Origin: an uncultured Nitrospiraceae bacterium | GTDB taxonomy: Bacteria > Nitrospirota > Nitrospiria > Nitrospirales > Nitrospiraceae | Assembly (NCBI GenBank): GCA_963706325.1 | Contig: CAVPLT010000005.1 | Coordinates: 1 to 64,000 of the forward strand | DNA: 64,000 nt | Reading direction: 5' to 3' | Part shown: piece after piece, positions 1 to 10,637 of the stretch | Position numbering within the stretch: the stretch's first letter is position 1 | Layout of the letters: every line of letters starts with the position of its first letter | The notes under the pieces: generated by a model | The model's input: the letters and a program-made list of their open reading frames with translations, nothing else | Databases searched by the model: none | What the model was told of the DNA's origin: nothing | Program-made: the position numbers and the translations under genes

Positions 1-157
1 TTACCGAAAGGAGTTGACCGAATCCGGTGAAATCGACGCGCTGAAGCAATTGGCGCAACGCTCTCGAGGGAAAACGGTCACGTTGGTGTATGCATCGGCC
101 GATGAGCAACACAATCAGGCGGTGGCGCTCAAGGAGTTCACGGGGCAATTGGGATAG
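1..157 (+). CDS. DUF488/YeaO-family protein, 3' end only
   Basis: Frame 2 reads YRKELTE...KTVTLVYASADEQHNQAVALKEF...G*, with TAG at 155-157. VTLxY...DEEHNQA is typical of DUF488 C-termini. Confidence 0.7.
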   Translation, partial: YRKELTESGEIDALKQLAQRSRGKTVTLVYASADEQHNQAVALKEFTGQLG

Positions 158-756
158 GCGCCTCCTGAATGAGGGGCGGGACGTGCCCTGACGAACGAAG
201 ACGGGCTGAAAAACAGTCTGCTCCAAGGCTGACGTCCATTGCTGACCCGGCCGTCGAACGCCTCCATGGCTCCCGGGTGCAATTGATTGGCTCGTCCGCA
301 ACAGGAGCCTCCGGGTCGGCGGATTTGCCCTTCAACATCTCCCATGCCGTCGATCCTCAACACCTGATCAGAAGTACCTGCCTCGCTGAAAATCGCGAAA
401 CCACCTCATAAACCGCGAGCCCTCACGATTTCGCAGCGTTGAGTCGAGCGTGCTTACCACGTACGCCATCGGCCTTCGTTCCCAAGCCGCTGGAATAGTG
501 GCCATTTCGTTCAATGCGGCTTTGATATCTTCTCGGCATTCGAGTTGCAATCCTTGAAGGCGCAAATACGTAGTCACTCTGGATGGGTGAAGGATGAGGG
601 TAGCAGGAACATGAGACGATTACGGTGAACCTCACGTGGATACCGCCCGCTGCTCCGTGCTCCAGCGTAATCCTGGGGGATCGTTGTTGGGCTGAGGATG
701 GGGAGGGGCACGATCGTCAGAGACTCAGTCTTGGGAGGCGATCCTATTCAACACGA

Positions 757-1206
757 ATGAGAATGCTGGGTCTCGTGCTTCTGAGCGTCGCCGGACTGGG
801 TGGCTGTCACACCTCCACGTCGTTTCTCGACAACAATCAGTTCATGGAGGCATGGAAGACGTATCTGCATTGCCGGGCAAGTGCGGAGCCCGATGAGATC
901 GGCGCTGATCTGCGACGACTCAGAACCGTGAGCAGCCGGCATGCCCAATCGTTGCACAATCACTCCTCCCTCCTGTTATTGCCTGTGGCCATGCGATCAC
1001 TGGTTGCCACGCTTCCTTCCAGGGTCGCGGTTGACCCTCATGCCATGACGGTGGCCTGTGCATTGCACGGTGGTCATGTCGCGCAATCTGCCGGACGACC
1101 CGAGTTGACCGTGGAATTGTTCAGTACGGTTTTGGAGGCACAGCGTGGAGCGTCCTACACCTACTACGCGGCTGAAGTCCGCCGTAAGTTTCACCGTATG
1201 GAATAA
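757..1206 (+). CDS. hypothetical lipoprotein
   Basis: Within ORF 625..1206. MRMLGLVLLSVAGLGGC is a signal peptide II with lipobox. Start inferred. Confidence 0.6.
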   Translation: MRMLGLVLLSVAGLGGCHTSTSFLDNNQFMEAWKTYLHCRASAEPDEIGADLRRLRTVSSRHAQSLHNHSSLLLLPVAMRSLVATLPSRVAVDPHAMTVACALHGGHVAQSAGRPELTVELFSTVLEAQRGASYTYYAAEVRRKFHRME

Positions 1207-1332
1207 AGAACGCATGTCAGCATTGAGGGGATGGAAGAGGCTGCAGCAGCATGACTGATCGTTCGATGGATGGCAGGTTGTACAGGCGAGGCGCCGGACC
1301 AGTGTAGGGCAGTTGGAAAGGAGATGATGTCT

Positions 1333-2745
1333 ATGAGTGAGGGGTATGACTTCGATCTGGTATGTATCGGCAGTGGTCCCGCCGGTCAGCGTGCCGCGGT
1401 TCAAGCCGCCAAGCTCGGAAAGCGAGTAGCGGTCGTGGAGAAGCGTCCCTGCGTGGGGGGTACCTGTCTGGATCTGGGGACCATTCCGAGCAAGACGTTT
1501 CGCGAAGCCGTCTGCTCGCTCGCGCAAGGCAACAGCCTGTTCAGTCGCAGCCAGGCATTTCGACCGGAATCAGATCGTACGCATCGTCCTTCCGTGGAAG
1601 AGCTCCTTCATCGTGTGGCCCTCGTCGCTCAAAGAGAATCGCAGGTCGTGGAAGGGCAATTGTGCCGGAATGACATTCAACTGATCCGAGGCGAAGCGTC
1701 CTTTATCGATCTCCATTCCTTGGTCGTGGTTTCTGCAGAAGGCCGGCATACCGTGACGGCGGCGAATATTCTGATCGCCGTGGGCACGTATCCCGCTTCA
1801 CCTCCCGGCGTACCGGCGGACGGAGAAGTCATCCTCACGAGCGACGATCTGGTGCGGCTGCGACGGCTGCCGAAGAAGCTGATCGTCGTCGGCGGAGGCA
1901 TTATCGGGATTGAATATGCCTCTATGTTCGCCGCCCTCCAGATCGAGGTCATCGTGGTGGACAAACGAGAACGACTTCTGGAGTTCCTCGATCGGGAGAG
2001 CGTGGAAGAACTCATGCATCAGATGAGAAGGCAACGGGTCACGTTCCGCTTGGGGGAAGCCGTGGAGAGACTGGAGCTCACACCGGGAACCTCGCCGCGG
2101 GCCATTGTGTACCTGGAGTCGGGCAAATCGATTGTCGGCGATCAAATCCTTTTCTCGGTGGGACGGATCGGCGCCGCTGGCCGGCTGAACCTCGAGGCCG
2201 TAGGGCTCACACCCGACGCACGTGGGCGGTTGACGGTCGACCAGCAGTTTCGAACGGCGGTTCCGCATATTTTCGCCGTCGGTGACGTCATCGGCTATCC
2301 GAGTTTGGCCTCGACCTCTTTCTTACAGGGCCGACTTGCAGCCTGTTACGCCTTTGATGTGGAGGTCGGACCGATGAGTGAACATCTTCCCATCGGCATC
2401 TATGCCATGCCGGAAGTCTCGGCCATCGGCCCCCCGGAACATGAGTTGACCCAAAAGAAGATCCCGTATGAAACCGGCATTGCCCGATACCGAGAGATTG
2501 CGCGAGGACAGATTCTTGGTGATGACAGCGGCTTTCTCAAGCTGCTCGTCCATCGGGAGGACCAGCGTCTGCTGGCGGTCCATGCCGTGGGAACCGGAGC
2601 CACGGAATTGATCCATATCGGCCAGGCTGTGATGGAGTTGGGAGGCGGTCTCCAATATTTTCTGCAGACGGTCTTCAACTATCCCACATTGGCGGAGTGT
2701 TACAAGGTCGCGGCCCTCGATGCCTTCAATAAGTTGTCTAAGTAA
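1333..2745 (+). CDS. sthA: soluble (Si-specific) pyridine nucleotide transhydrogenase
   Basis: GSGPAG FAD motif, GGTCLDLGTIPSK with a single Cys, GGGIIG NAD motif, C-terminal FNYPTLAECYKVAALD. AAGGAG RBS upstream. Confidence 0.9.
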   Translation: MSEGYDFDLVCIGSGPAGQRAAVQAAKLGKRVAVVEKRPCVGGTCLDLGTIPSKTFREAVCSLAQGNSLFSRSQAFRPESDRTHRPSVEELLHRVALVAQRESQVVEGQLCRNDIQLIRGEASFIDLHSLVVVSAEGRHTVTAANILIAVGTYPASPPGVPADGEVILTSDDLVRLRRLPKKLIVVGGGIIGIEYASMFAALQIEVIVVDKRERLLEFLDRESVEELMHQMRRQRVTFRLGEAVERLELTPGTSPRAIVYLESGKSIVGDQILFSVGRIGAAGRLNLEAVGLTPDARGRLTVDQQFRTAVPHIFAVGDVIGYPSLASTSFLQGRLAACYAFDVEVGPMSEHLPIGIYAMPEVSAIGPPEHELTQKKIPYETGIARYREIARGQILGDDSGFLKLLVHREDQRLLAVHAVGTGATELIHIGQAVMELGGGLQYFLQTVFNYPTLAECYKVAALDAFNKLSK

Positions 2746-2981
2746 ACAGGCCCGGAGGAGAAGGAACAGTCTTGTGCCCGACATGCTGTAAGCAGTGAAG
2801 GAATCCGCTGGCAATGCAATAGGCGCGCATTGAGCCAGTTATCTCTTGAGTCTGAAGGGATCGGCCGTTCCGATTGAAGACGCACTCGAACCAGATGAAG
2901 CAGAGTACGCGCGTTTGCCGTATGCCGGCGTCTGCGTTATGCCTGCACTAGGCAGAGGCCTGAAGAAAGGAATAAATAGAT

Positions 2982-3203
2982 ATGAAGCAAGGTATGTTGA
3001 ATACGTTCTTGTTGATCTCACTGGTTTCCTTGTCTGCCCTGGCGCACGCGCAGTCTCTTGGGTCAACCAGTACTCCTCAGCCGGTGTCCTCAGGCGCATC
3101 CGGCATAACTTCTGCGGCGCGCAGTTCCTGGGAGGGATGGCTCACCATCGCCGATCCCCGCCGCAGCGGGATTGGCACACCAACGATCGCTTCAAGGAGA
3201 TGA
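2982..3203 (+). CDS. small hypothetical secreted protein
   Basis: AAGGA RBS and signal peptide ending AHA. Its stop abuts the next gene start. Confidence 0.4.
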   Translation: MKQGMLNTFLLISLVSLSALAHAQSLGSTSTPQPVSSGASGITSAARSSWEGWLTIADPRRSGIGTPTIASRR

Positions 3204-3204
3204 C

Positions 3205-6087
3205 ATGATGAAAGTCTCACATGCTGCCACGATGAACCCGGTTCGCATCCTCCATACTCTCGGGCAATCCGTCTGGTTGGACTTTATCCATAGGAGCCTC
3301 ATGACCAGTGGGGAACTACAGCGCCTCATCACCGAAGATGGACTGTGCGGAATGACGTCCAATCCCACCATTTTCGAGAAAGCGATCAACGGCAGTACTG
3401 ACTATGCCGACGCGCTGACTGCCCTCGGACGAGAGCCCAGTTTGGACGCGAAGGGCTGCTACGAACGGTTGGCCATTCAGGACATCCAAGCTGCGGCGGA
3501 CCTTCTCCAGCCCATCTACGAACACACGAATCGACGCGATGGCTATGTGAGCTTGGAGGTGTCGCCCCATCTGGCCCGGGATACACGCGGCACCCTCGAT
3601 GAAGCGCGACGGCTATGGGATGCCGTCGGCCGCGAAAATCTTATGATTAAAGTGCCGGCCACTCCAGAGGGCATTCCGGCGATCGTGCAATTGATCACCA
3701 ATGGGATCAACGTCAACGTGACCCTGATTTTCTCGCAAGAGACTTATCAGCAAGTCGCCGAGGCCTATCTGATGGGACTGGAGCAGTTCGCGGCACGAGG
3801 CGGCGAAGTGAACAGCGTGGCGAGTGTGGCCAGTTTCTTCGTAAGCCGCATCGACACGGCGGCCGACAGGGCGATTGCCGCACGCCTCAAGGTTTCCACG
3901 GACAAGTGGGAACAGGCGGGGCTCGAGGAGCTTCAAGGAAAGATTGCCATTGCGAATGCAAAGTTGGCGTATCAACGATATCAAGCCCTGTTTTCCGGTG
4001 CACGCTGGGAGGCGCTAGCCAGGCGGGGGGCAATGGCCCAACGCCTGCTCTGGGCGAGCACGGGAACAAAAAATCCTCAGTATCGCGATGTGCGATATGT
4101 GGAAGAGCTGATCGGTCCAGACACCGTCAATACAATCCCTCCGGCGACGCTTGAGGCGTTTCAAGATCATGGACGTCCCGAAACCCGGCTGACCGAAGGG
4201 GTCGATGACGCGAAGGCCATTCTGCTGGAGTGGCAGCGGACGGGGTTTTCAATCACGGAGATCACCGACCGTCTGTTGGAGGAAGGGTTGCAGTTGTTCA
4301 GGGACGACTTCGACAGGCTACTTGCCGCTGTTAAGCGGCACACTGAGGAGGGCGCATCGAGCCAACTGAACGGGTATTCCTATTCGTTGCCGGTCCCCCT
4401 CGCGGCCGAGGTGAAAGCCTCACTTCATGAATGGGGTGATGGCAACAAGGTGTGGCGACTCTGGGATCACGACTCATCTCTCTGGACCGATCGGGGCGAG
4501 TCTCGGTGGCTCGGCTGGCTGGACATCATTGACGAGCAATTGGCCCATATCCAACTGCTCACCAGCCTGGCTGAAGAAACCAAGCGGAGAGGTTTTACGC
4601 ATGCCGTGATACTGGGAATGGGTGGTTCGAGTCTCTGTCCGGAAGTCCTGCAGCGAACGTTTGGAAAACAAGCCGGCTTTCCAAAGCTGCATGTACTTGA
4701 TTCAACCGATCCGGCGCAGATCCACGCTGTCGAGAGCGCGATACATCTTTCCAGCACCCTCTTCATCGTCTCCAGTAAGTCCGGGACCACCCTCGAACCC
4801 AACATCTTCAAGCAGTACTTCTTCGCGCGGGTTCAAGCCCTGGTTGGAGCAAAAGAGGCCGGGCAACGGTTCATTGCGATTACCGATCCGGGATCGGCAT
4901 TGCAGCAAACGGCCGAGGCGGATGGGTTTCGACATCTCTACTTTGGCCTGCCCAGTATCGGAGGCCGCTATTCAGCGCTCTCAAATTTCGGCATGGTGCC
5001 TGCCGCGATCATGGGCATCGACGTGGCTCAGTTCCTCGAACGCGCAGAAGAGATGGCAGATGCCTGTTCTCCCCATAGAGCCGTTGAGGAGAATCCAGGC
5101 CTGGTGCTGGGCACGATCCTCGCGGTCCTCGCCAGGGGCGGCCGTGATAAGGTGACGATCATTGCCTCGCCGGCCTTGGCGCAGTTAGGCGCGTGGCTTG
5201 AGCAGCTCTTAGCCGAGTCGACCGGGAAAGACGGCAAGGGCCTCATTCCGGTGGATCGTGAAGCGGTCGGGATTCCGCAGGTCTATGGACAAGACCGTCT
5301 GTTTGTCTACCTCCGGTTGCAGGCTGAGCCAGCGCCGAATCTGGACGAGGCCATCTTCAAACTGGAGCGGGCCGGCCAGCCGGTTGTCCGCATTTCGGTG
5401 GCCGAATGTTATGACCTGGCACAGGAATTTTTTCGTTGGGAATTTGCGACGGCGGTGGCGGGAGCCATCATGGCGCTCGCCCCGTTTAACCAACCGGATG
5501 TGGAGGTCAGCAAACTGGCGACCACGCAGTTGATGGCAGAGTATGAGCGGACCGGCTCGCTTCCACTGGAATCGCCGATGCTGGAAGAACAGGGCATCAG
5601 GGTGTTTGCTGATCCGCGATATGCGGTAAGGCTTCGTTCGGGAGAAGTACCGTCGCTTTCCTTAATGGAGTCGCTCAAACGGCATATGAATCAACTAGCC
5701 GCGGGTGATTACTTTGCGCTCTTGGCCTATATCGACATGAATCCCCTTCACGATGCGCGACTCCAAGCCATGCGTCTGCGAGTGCGAGACGCAAGGCGGG
5801 TGGCCACGTGTGTGGGTTTCGGTCCTCGGTTTCTTCATTCCACGGGCCAAGCCTATAAAGGCGGGCCGAACTGCGGGGTTTTTCTTCAGATCACCTGTGA
5901 GGATGCGGCAGACTTGTCAGTGCCGAACCGGCGATATTCCTTCGGTGCGGTCAAAGCTGCGCAAGCCCGTGGAGACTTTCAGGTCTTGGCGGATCGAGGC
6001 CGGCGGTTGTTACGGGTGCATCTGGGCGCCGATGTCGACGCGGGATTGGCGAGGCTGAATGCGGCCATCGAGCAGGCATTGGTCTAA
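3205..6087 (+). CDS. bifunctional transaldolase / glucose-6-phosphate isomerase
   Basis: N-half: GQSVWLD, TSNPTIF, NLMIKVPAT, NVTLIFS. C-half: GMGGSSL, SSKSGTT, GGRYS, PFNQPDVE. AAGGAG RBS before ATG 3205. Confidence 0.92.
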   Translation: MMKVSHAATMNPVRILHTLGQSVWLDFIHRSLMTSGELQRLITEDGLCGMTSNPTIFEKAINGSTDYADALTALGREPSLDAKGCYERLAIQDIQAAADLLQPIYEHTNRRDGYVSLEVSPHLARDTRGTLDEARRLWDAVGRENLMIKVPATPEGIPAIVQLITNGINVNVTLIFSQETYQQVAEAYLMGLEQFAARGGEVNSVASVASFFVSRIDTAADRAIAARLKVSTDKWEQAGLEELQGKIAIANAKLAYQRYQALFSGARWEALARRGAMAQRLLWASTGTKNPQYRDVRYVEELIGPDTVNTIPPATLEAFQDHGRPETRLTEGVDDAKAILLEWQRTGFSITEITDRLLEEGLQLFRDDFDRLLAAVKRHTEEGASSQLNGYSYSLPVPLAAEVKASLHEWGDGNKVWRLWDHDSSLWTDRGESRWLGWLDIIDEQLAHIQLLTSLAEETKRRGFTHAVILGMGGSSLCPEVLQRTFGKQAGFPKLHVLDSTDPAQIHAVESAIHLSSTLFIVSSKSGTTLEPNIFKQYFFARVQALVGAKEAGQRFIAITDPGSALQQTAEADGFRHLYFGLPSIGGRYSALSNFGMVPAAIMGIDVAQFLERAEEMADACSPHRAVEENPGLVLGTILAVLARGGRDKVTIIASPALAQLGAWLEQLLAESTGKDGKGLIPVDREAVGIPQVYGQDRLFVYLRLQAEPAPNLDEAIFKLERAGQPVVRISVAECYDLAQEFFRWEFATAVAGAIMALAPFNQPDVEVSKLATTQLMAEYERTGSLPLESPMLEEQGIRVFADPRYAVRLRSGEVPSLSLMESLKRHMNQLAAGDYFALLAYIDMNPLHDARLQAMRLRVRDARRVATCVGFGPRFLHSTGQAYKGGPNCGVFLQITCEDAADLSVPNRRYSFGAVKAAQARGDFQVLADRGRRLLRVHLGADVDAGLARLNAAIEQALV

Positions 6088-6294
6088 CGCGGATGTCGTC
6101 GATGGATCAACCCCATCCAACCCTGAAGGCGGTGACGACCGACTCCCGTATAATGCATTTGTGCTACCTATCGTCGGCGGTTCCATTGTGATCTGTCCCA
6201 AATACGCAGGTCGCAGGGCGACAGGTGACCGTTCGCGCGGTGTTCCTCTGACCCTCATCATTCATGCAATTCATTCGGTCGGTGCACGATCAGC

Positions 6295-6347
6295 TGCGAA
6301 CCTTCACGGTTTAGCGTGAACCTTCACGCTATCCGTTGCCTTTCACG
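6295..6347. promoter_or_regulatory. three tandem imperfect palindromes (consensus CGTGAA-NN-TTCACG), putative activator or operator sites
   Basis: tgcgaaccttcacg 6295-6308, perfect cgtgaaccttcacg 6315-6328, cgttgcctttcacg 6334-6347, spaced 19-20 bp. Confidence 0.55.
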
Positions 6348-6453
6348 ATATAGAATTTGTAAAGGCAGACTTGTAGCGGACCATTCGATCTATTCAAAAA
6401 TAGGAACCGTTATGATCTCACCGGTTCTATTCACAAGCCATTATGTCTCCGGA

Positions 6454-6468
6454 TGGCATCGGTCTTGC
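6454..6468 (+). promoter_or_regulatory. sigma54 (-24/-12) promoter
   Basis: TGGCAT-CGGTC-TTGC matches TGGCAC-N5-TTGC with correct GG-N10-GC spacing. Confidence 0.7.
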
Positions 6469-6582
6469 GATAGCAGAACATGACATACATTATGTGGATT
6501 GAGAACCATCACCGAGAGGATAATGAAGGCGTCGAAGATCGTCGGGATGCATTCCATATCAGAATCTTGTGGAGGCACAGCT

Positions 6583-7230
6583 ATGAACCTGAAAGGCCTT
6601 GCTCATAGAGAATTGGGTGAAGGGTTGACGGAAAAAGAATTGGCCTCGCTGATTCAAGTTCCTCTGCGAACGCTGTCTAAAATTCTGGCCGACAAAGATC
6701 CTGAAGACCCTGCCATCTGGGAAAAGTTTGCGCGGTATTTTCGAATGGACGTGGATGTCCTGCGGACCGGGGAACCAGTGCGCCGCGGAACGGCTCACAG
6801 CGTACCAGGGAGCATTCATCATTCCGCCGCGGGAGAGATTCGGAAGATTCCACTGCTGAACTGGCATCAGCTGGGTCAGCTGGTCGCAAGCACGGTGAGC
6901 CCTGATGTCATAGGTACAGAAGCGATGATCGAGGCGACGGACGTGCCGGGTGAACGCACGGTCGCCTTAAAAGTACGGGACGACTCGATGGAGCCGTTAT
7001 TCAGCAAAGGGGAGATTATTTTTGTGAATCCCGAGAGCGAGTGGGTGCCTGGCGACTATGTCATTGCTCGTAGCCAGGATGGACTCTCGGGCGGCACGAC
7101 GTTCCGACAAGTTAAATCAATGGGAGCGCAATGCATGCTTCATCCGCTGAACCGTAAATATGAAGACCTTCCGTTATCGAAACAGGAGGAGGTGTGGGGA
7201 AAAGTCGTCAGGCTGAGGAAGAACCTTTGA
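6583..7230 (+). CDS. XRE-family HTH + S24 peptidase (CI/LexA-like) regulator
   Basis: N-terminal HTH (LTEKELASLIQVPLRTLSKIL) and S24 motif VRDDSMEP. TTFRQV has Arg where Lys is usual. GGAGG RBS. Confidence 0.8.
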   Translation: MNLKGLAHRELGEGLTEKELASLIQVPLRTLSKILADKDPEDPAIWEKFARYFRMDVDVLRTGEPVRRGTAHSVPGSIHHSAAGEIRKIPLLNWHQLGQLVASTVSPDVIGTEAMIEATDVPGERTVALKVRDDSMEPLFSKGEIIFVNPESEWVPGDYVIARSQDGLSGGTTFRQVKSMGAQCMLHPLNRKYEDLPLSKQEEVWGKVVRLRKNL

Positions 7231-7276
7231 TGACGTTCGCCTCGAATGCCTGGATGAGCCACATCAGAAGGAGAAT

Positions 7277-8107
7277 GTGACCATGGAAAGAACAGCGCAG
7301 GAAGAGAAAGAAAACAGATTGGCAGGTGGCGGCCTGAAGGGGCTCCTTGTCCTCGTATTGTGTGGGTTCTCGTGGGCCTCTATTTCGGGTGCAGCAGCCG
7401 AGCTCGAACCATCCCATGGGCAGTTGCTTCCAGGTGACCGAGTGCTTTTAGGCACGGTCGAAGAAGTCAGAAGTGATCAAGCGCGCGTTGACACGGGAGA
7501 ATTGCAGCCACGTTTTATTCCTATGGGCGTGCGAAAGGACAAAGGGCTACCGACGCTGAAACAAGGTGACCGGATTGAGATCACCGTCAATGAACAGAAT
7601 CTACTGGTCGATGTGCATCTGCCCGGCGAGTCGAGCCATCACCAGATAGTGCAAGGCCAACTGGCAGGAAATCTGGAGACCGGACATGACAAAGCAGTGA
7701 TTCGAACCTTGGATGGCGCAGAGCAATCTCACTTCATACGGCCGGTAGCTAGAAGCAAGGTGGCCTCCGTTCCCGTGGGCGTCGATGCCGTGTTCCTCAT
7801 TGATGAGCTGGACAAGATCGTGGATGTGACTTACGGCAGCCTAGAAGCCGTTCATCGCGCGGCCGAGCTATGGCAAAAGAAAACTCCTCTCAAGGGCAAC
7901 CTGAGACGAGTCGCTGGTATCATCCAGAAACCCATTGATGCCAATACGGTGGTCATCCGAACCGAAGACGGCAATGACCAGCAATATGAGCTCCGCCCAC
8001 TCATTCTTCCGAGGTTGAAGACGCTTTCACCCGGCGATGCCGCAGTACTCATGCTGGATGCAGAAAACCAAGTGGCGGACATCGCGTTCCTGCCAAGCAA
8101 AAAGTAG
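7277..8107 (+). CDS. hypothetical exported protein with repeated small beta (OB-like) domains
   Basis: Hydrophobic N-terminal segment and three similar GD/V..hhh...hVDh segments. Confidence 0.65.
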   Translation: MTMERTAQEEKENRLAGGGLKGLLVLVLCGFSWASISGAAAELEPSHGQLLPGDRVLLGTVEEVRSDQARVDTGELQPRFIPMGVRKDKGLPTLKQGDRIEITVNEQNLLVDVHLPGESSHHQIVQGQLAGNLETGHDKAVIRTLDGAEQSHFIRPVARSKVASVPVGVDAVFLIDELDKIVDVTYGSLEAVHRAAELWQKKTPLKGNLRRVAGIIQKPIDANTVVIRTEDGNDQQYELRPLILPRLKTLSPGDAAVLMLDAENQVADIAFLPSKK

Positions 8108-8359
8108 ATGTCTACATCGGCGTCGGGATCGGCAGCCGGATCGTGACGAAAATCTGGCTGCCACTTCCGGAGGCCGTATGAGCTACAGTGAACAATTGCC
8201 ATCCCTTTCGCAGCCCCCGAGAGTCGACCGCTGGGTAGCGCTTCTCTGACGTGAAGTCTCTCGGATGGGCATCCCCTGGTGCTTACGGGCCAGCCTCCGG
8301 CTCGTGATGCCAGTCGGGCGCCAGGGGAAGCATGAGAGGGGAAGTTCACTCTGGGGGTC

Positions 8360-9748
8360 ATGATGACTGATTCACGCTCAGATGCGCTCGTCCTGTTCGG
8401 GGCTACCGGCGATTTGGCGTTCAAGAAAATTTTTCCCGCCTTGCAGGCCATGGTCAAGAAAGGCCGGCTAACGGCGCCGGTGATCGGGGTGACCCGAGGG
8501 AATCGATCCATCGAGGAGCTCCGAGATCGTATCCGTTACAGTCTCACTCAAAGTAGCGGCGGACTCGACGAGGTGGCTTTTGGCAAACTCGTGCAGGCCT
8601 TGCAGTATGTCCATGGTGACTATCACGACCCGGACACCTTCACGCGCCTTCGCCACACACTCGGCGGGGCGAAGCGCCCACTCTATTATCTGGCCATTCC
8701 CCCAAGTGCGTTCTCCACGGCGGTCGAAGGCTTGGGGGCATCGGGCTGTGCCCAAGGCGCGCGGGTGGTCGTCGAAAAACCATTCGGGAGAGATCTGGCT
8801 TCCGCGCAAGCGTTGAACCGCATGCTGCACCGGGTCTTCGACGAGTCGTCGATTTTTCGTATCGACCATTACTTGGGCAAGGAATCGATCCAGAACCTCT
8901 TGTACTTCCGCTTCGCTAACTCCTTCCTCGAGCCGATTTGGAATCGCGGGTACGTGGAAAGCGTGCAGATTACAATGGCGGAACAGTTTGGCGTCGCCGG
9001 TCGGGGAAGTTTCTACGAAGAGACCGGCGCGTTGCGTGATGTGGTTCAGAACCATCTCTTGCAAGTGGTGGCGAATCTCGCAATGGAACCACCCATCAGC
9101 GGAGCTGGCGAGGCCTTGCGTGACGAGCGCATTAAGATCTTCAAGCGCATGAAGCCGCTCACTGAACACACCTTGGTACGGGGACAGTTTCGCGGTTACC
9201 GAAGGGAGGCCGGGGTGGCCCCCGATTCTCAAGTGGAAACGTTCGCTTCTCTCCGGATCGAACTGGATTCCTGGCGTTGGGCGGGCGTGCCGTTTTTTAT
9301 CCGGGCCGGGAAATTATTGCCGGTCACGGCCACGGAAGTCTTCGTGACTTTGAAGCGACCTCCCCAGAACGTATTTGCTGAGGCGCTGGGCAAGCAACGC
9401 AATTATGTGCGCTTCCGGCTTGGTCCCGACCGAATCGCGGTGGCGATCGGAGCTCGTGCCAAGGTGCCGGGAGAAGAAATGGTGGGATACGAGACCGAGC
9501 TTTTCGTTTGTCACCAACGCGGCGACGAGATGGAAGCGTACGAACGATTGATCGGCGACGCCATGAACGGCGACGCCTCGCTTTTTGCTCGCCAGGATGG
9601 TGTAGAGGCGAGCTGGCATGTGGTGGACCCGATCCTGAAGATGCCGACGACGGTTCATGAGTATGAACCTGGGACGTGGGGACCTAGCGAATCCCACACA
9701 TTGATCGCTCCATATGGCGGATGGCAGAATCCAACAGAGCAAGTCTGA
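8360..9748 (+). CDS. zwf: glucose-6-phosphate 1-dehydrogenase
   Basis: [28 protein letters not shown] motifs. Confidence 0.95.
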   Translation: MMTDSRSDALVLFGATGDLAFKKIFPALQAMVKKGRLTAPVIGVTRGNRSIEELRDRIRYSLTQSSGGLDEVAFGKLVQALQYVHGDYHDPDTFTRLRHTLGGAKRPLYYLAIPPSAFSTAVEGLGASGCAQGARVVVEKPFGRDLASAQALNRMLHRVFDESSIFRIDHYLGKESIQNLLYFRFANSFLEPIWNRGYVESVQITMAEQFGVAGRGSFYEETGALRDVVQNHLLQVVANLAMEPPISGAGEALRDERIKIFKRMKPLTEHTLVRGQFRGYRREAGVAPDSQVETFASLRIELDSWRWAGVPFFIRAGKLLPVTATEVFVTLKRPPQNVFAEALGKQRNYVRFRLGPDRIAVAIGARAKVPGEEMVGYETELFVCHQRGDEMEAYERLIGDAMNGDASLFARQDGVEASWHVVDPILKMPTTVHEYEPGTWGPSESHTLIAPYGGWQNPTEQV

Positions 9749-10176
9749 CGGCCGAAGTGATCCGCGGAATTGCCATTGGGATCTGATCAGGCGGTGATTG
9801 GACCTATTCTGCCTTCGGTGGTTCCGGATAATGAAATGGCATGTCGCGAGATGGACGGATCCGGTGGCCATCTCTCCTTGCCGATGGCAGGGATGAACAG
9901 ACAATGGCGCTCGATGCCAGGGTTACGGCTGGTCGGATAGTGCAGGACATTCGGTTGATATCGGGGCCACCGGGGCCATGGGGACGACTAACCGAGTTAT
10001 TAGCCACGTGTATGGACGGTACAATTCCTTTTGATGACCGTTAGAGTGGTCTTGCCTCGCGGCACGTAGCTGTCATGAGCACTTCTAGAGAGTTTCTTGT
10101 TGCCCGCATCTCGCTGTGATACTCTGCCGAGTAATTGTCCAAATTACGGGTAGAGACTCGTTCTGCAACGTGCAAT

Positions 10177-10512
10177 ATGAACATCCCCCGTACCTCGCTC
10201 TCTCCTGCTCGCATCGGGCTGAAGGTCTGCATGCTCCTCTTGGCGTGGGTTGTCCTAGCTGGCCTCTCGTGGGCGGATCTCCTCGATTTGCATGACATGA
10301 CGGTGGGGCCGTCGGCCGACTTGCAGCAGGCCACCGAGCCGGATCTGAACGAACTCCGCGAAGATGTGACACCCCTTCGGGTCATAGGGGACTATTTCGG
10401 TGAAATTCTCACGGCACATCCGGCTTTCCTGTTCCTGCCTGCTTTTGCCTCCCAGGCTGTAGATTCGCCGCCGCAAGGTCTCCGTTCCAAACTCTCCGTG
10501 TACCGACTCTAA
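10177..10512 (+). CDS. small hypothetical membrane/exported protein upstream of the RND pump
   Basis: Hydrophobic N-terminus. Ends ...LSVYRL ahead of the CusA-like gene. Confidence 0.45.
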   Translation: MNIPRTSLSPARIGLKVCMLLLAWVVLAGLSWADLLDLHDMTVGPSADLQQATEPDLNELREDVTPLRVIGDYFGEILTAHPAFLFLPAFASQAVDSPPQGLRSKLSVYRL

Positions 10513-10637
10513 ACCTCCTATGATCGTGATGACTGTGCCAAGGGGCTCAGATGCGATCAGGCATCGGATGGCGCGTGATGTGTTTTCGCGTGTACGGAAC
10601 GCGCGAGGTTGAGACTCACTGCGGAGGGAAGGTTTCT

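Noticed and set aside
624..636. ggtgaacctcacg resembling the 6315 palindrome
   Set aside because: One base short and a single copy. Could be chance.
6295..6347. Short direct repeats as a mini-CRISPR
   Set aside because: Repeats are 14 bp with 5-6 bp spacers and no cas genes. They fit protein-binding sites better. No CRISPR array was seen in the window.
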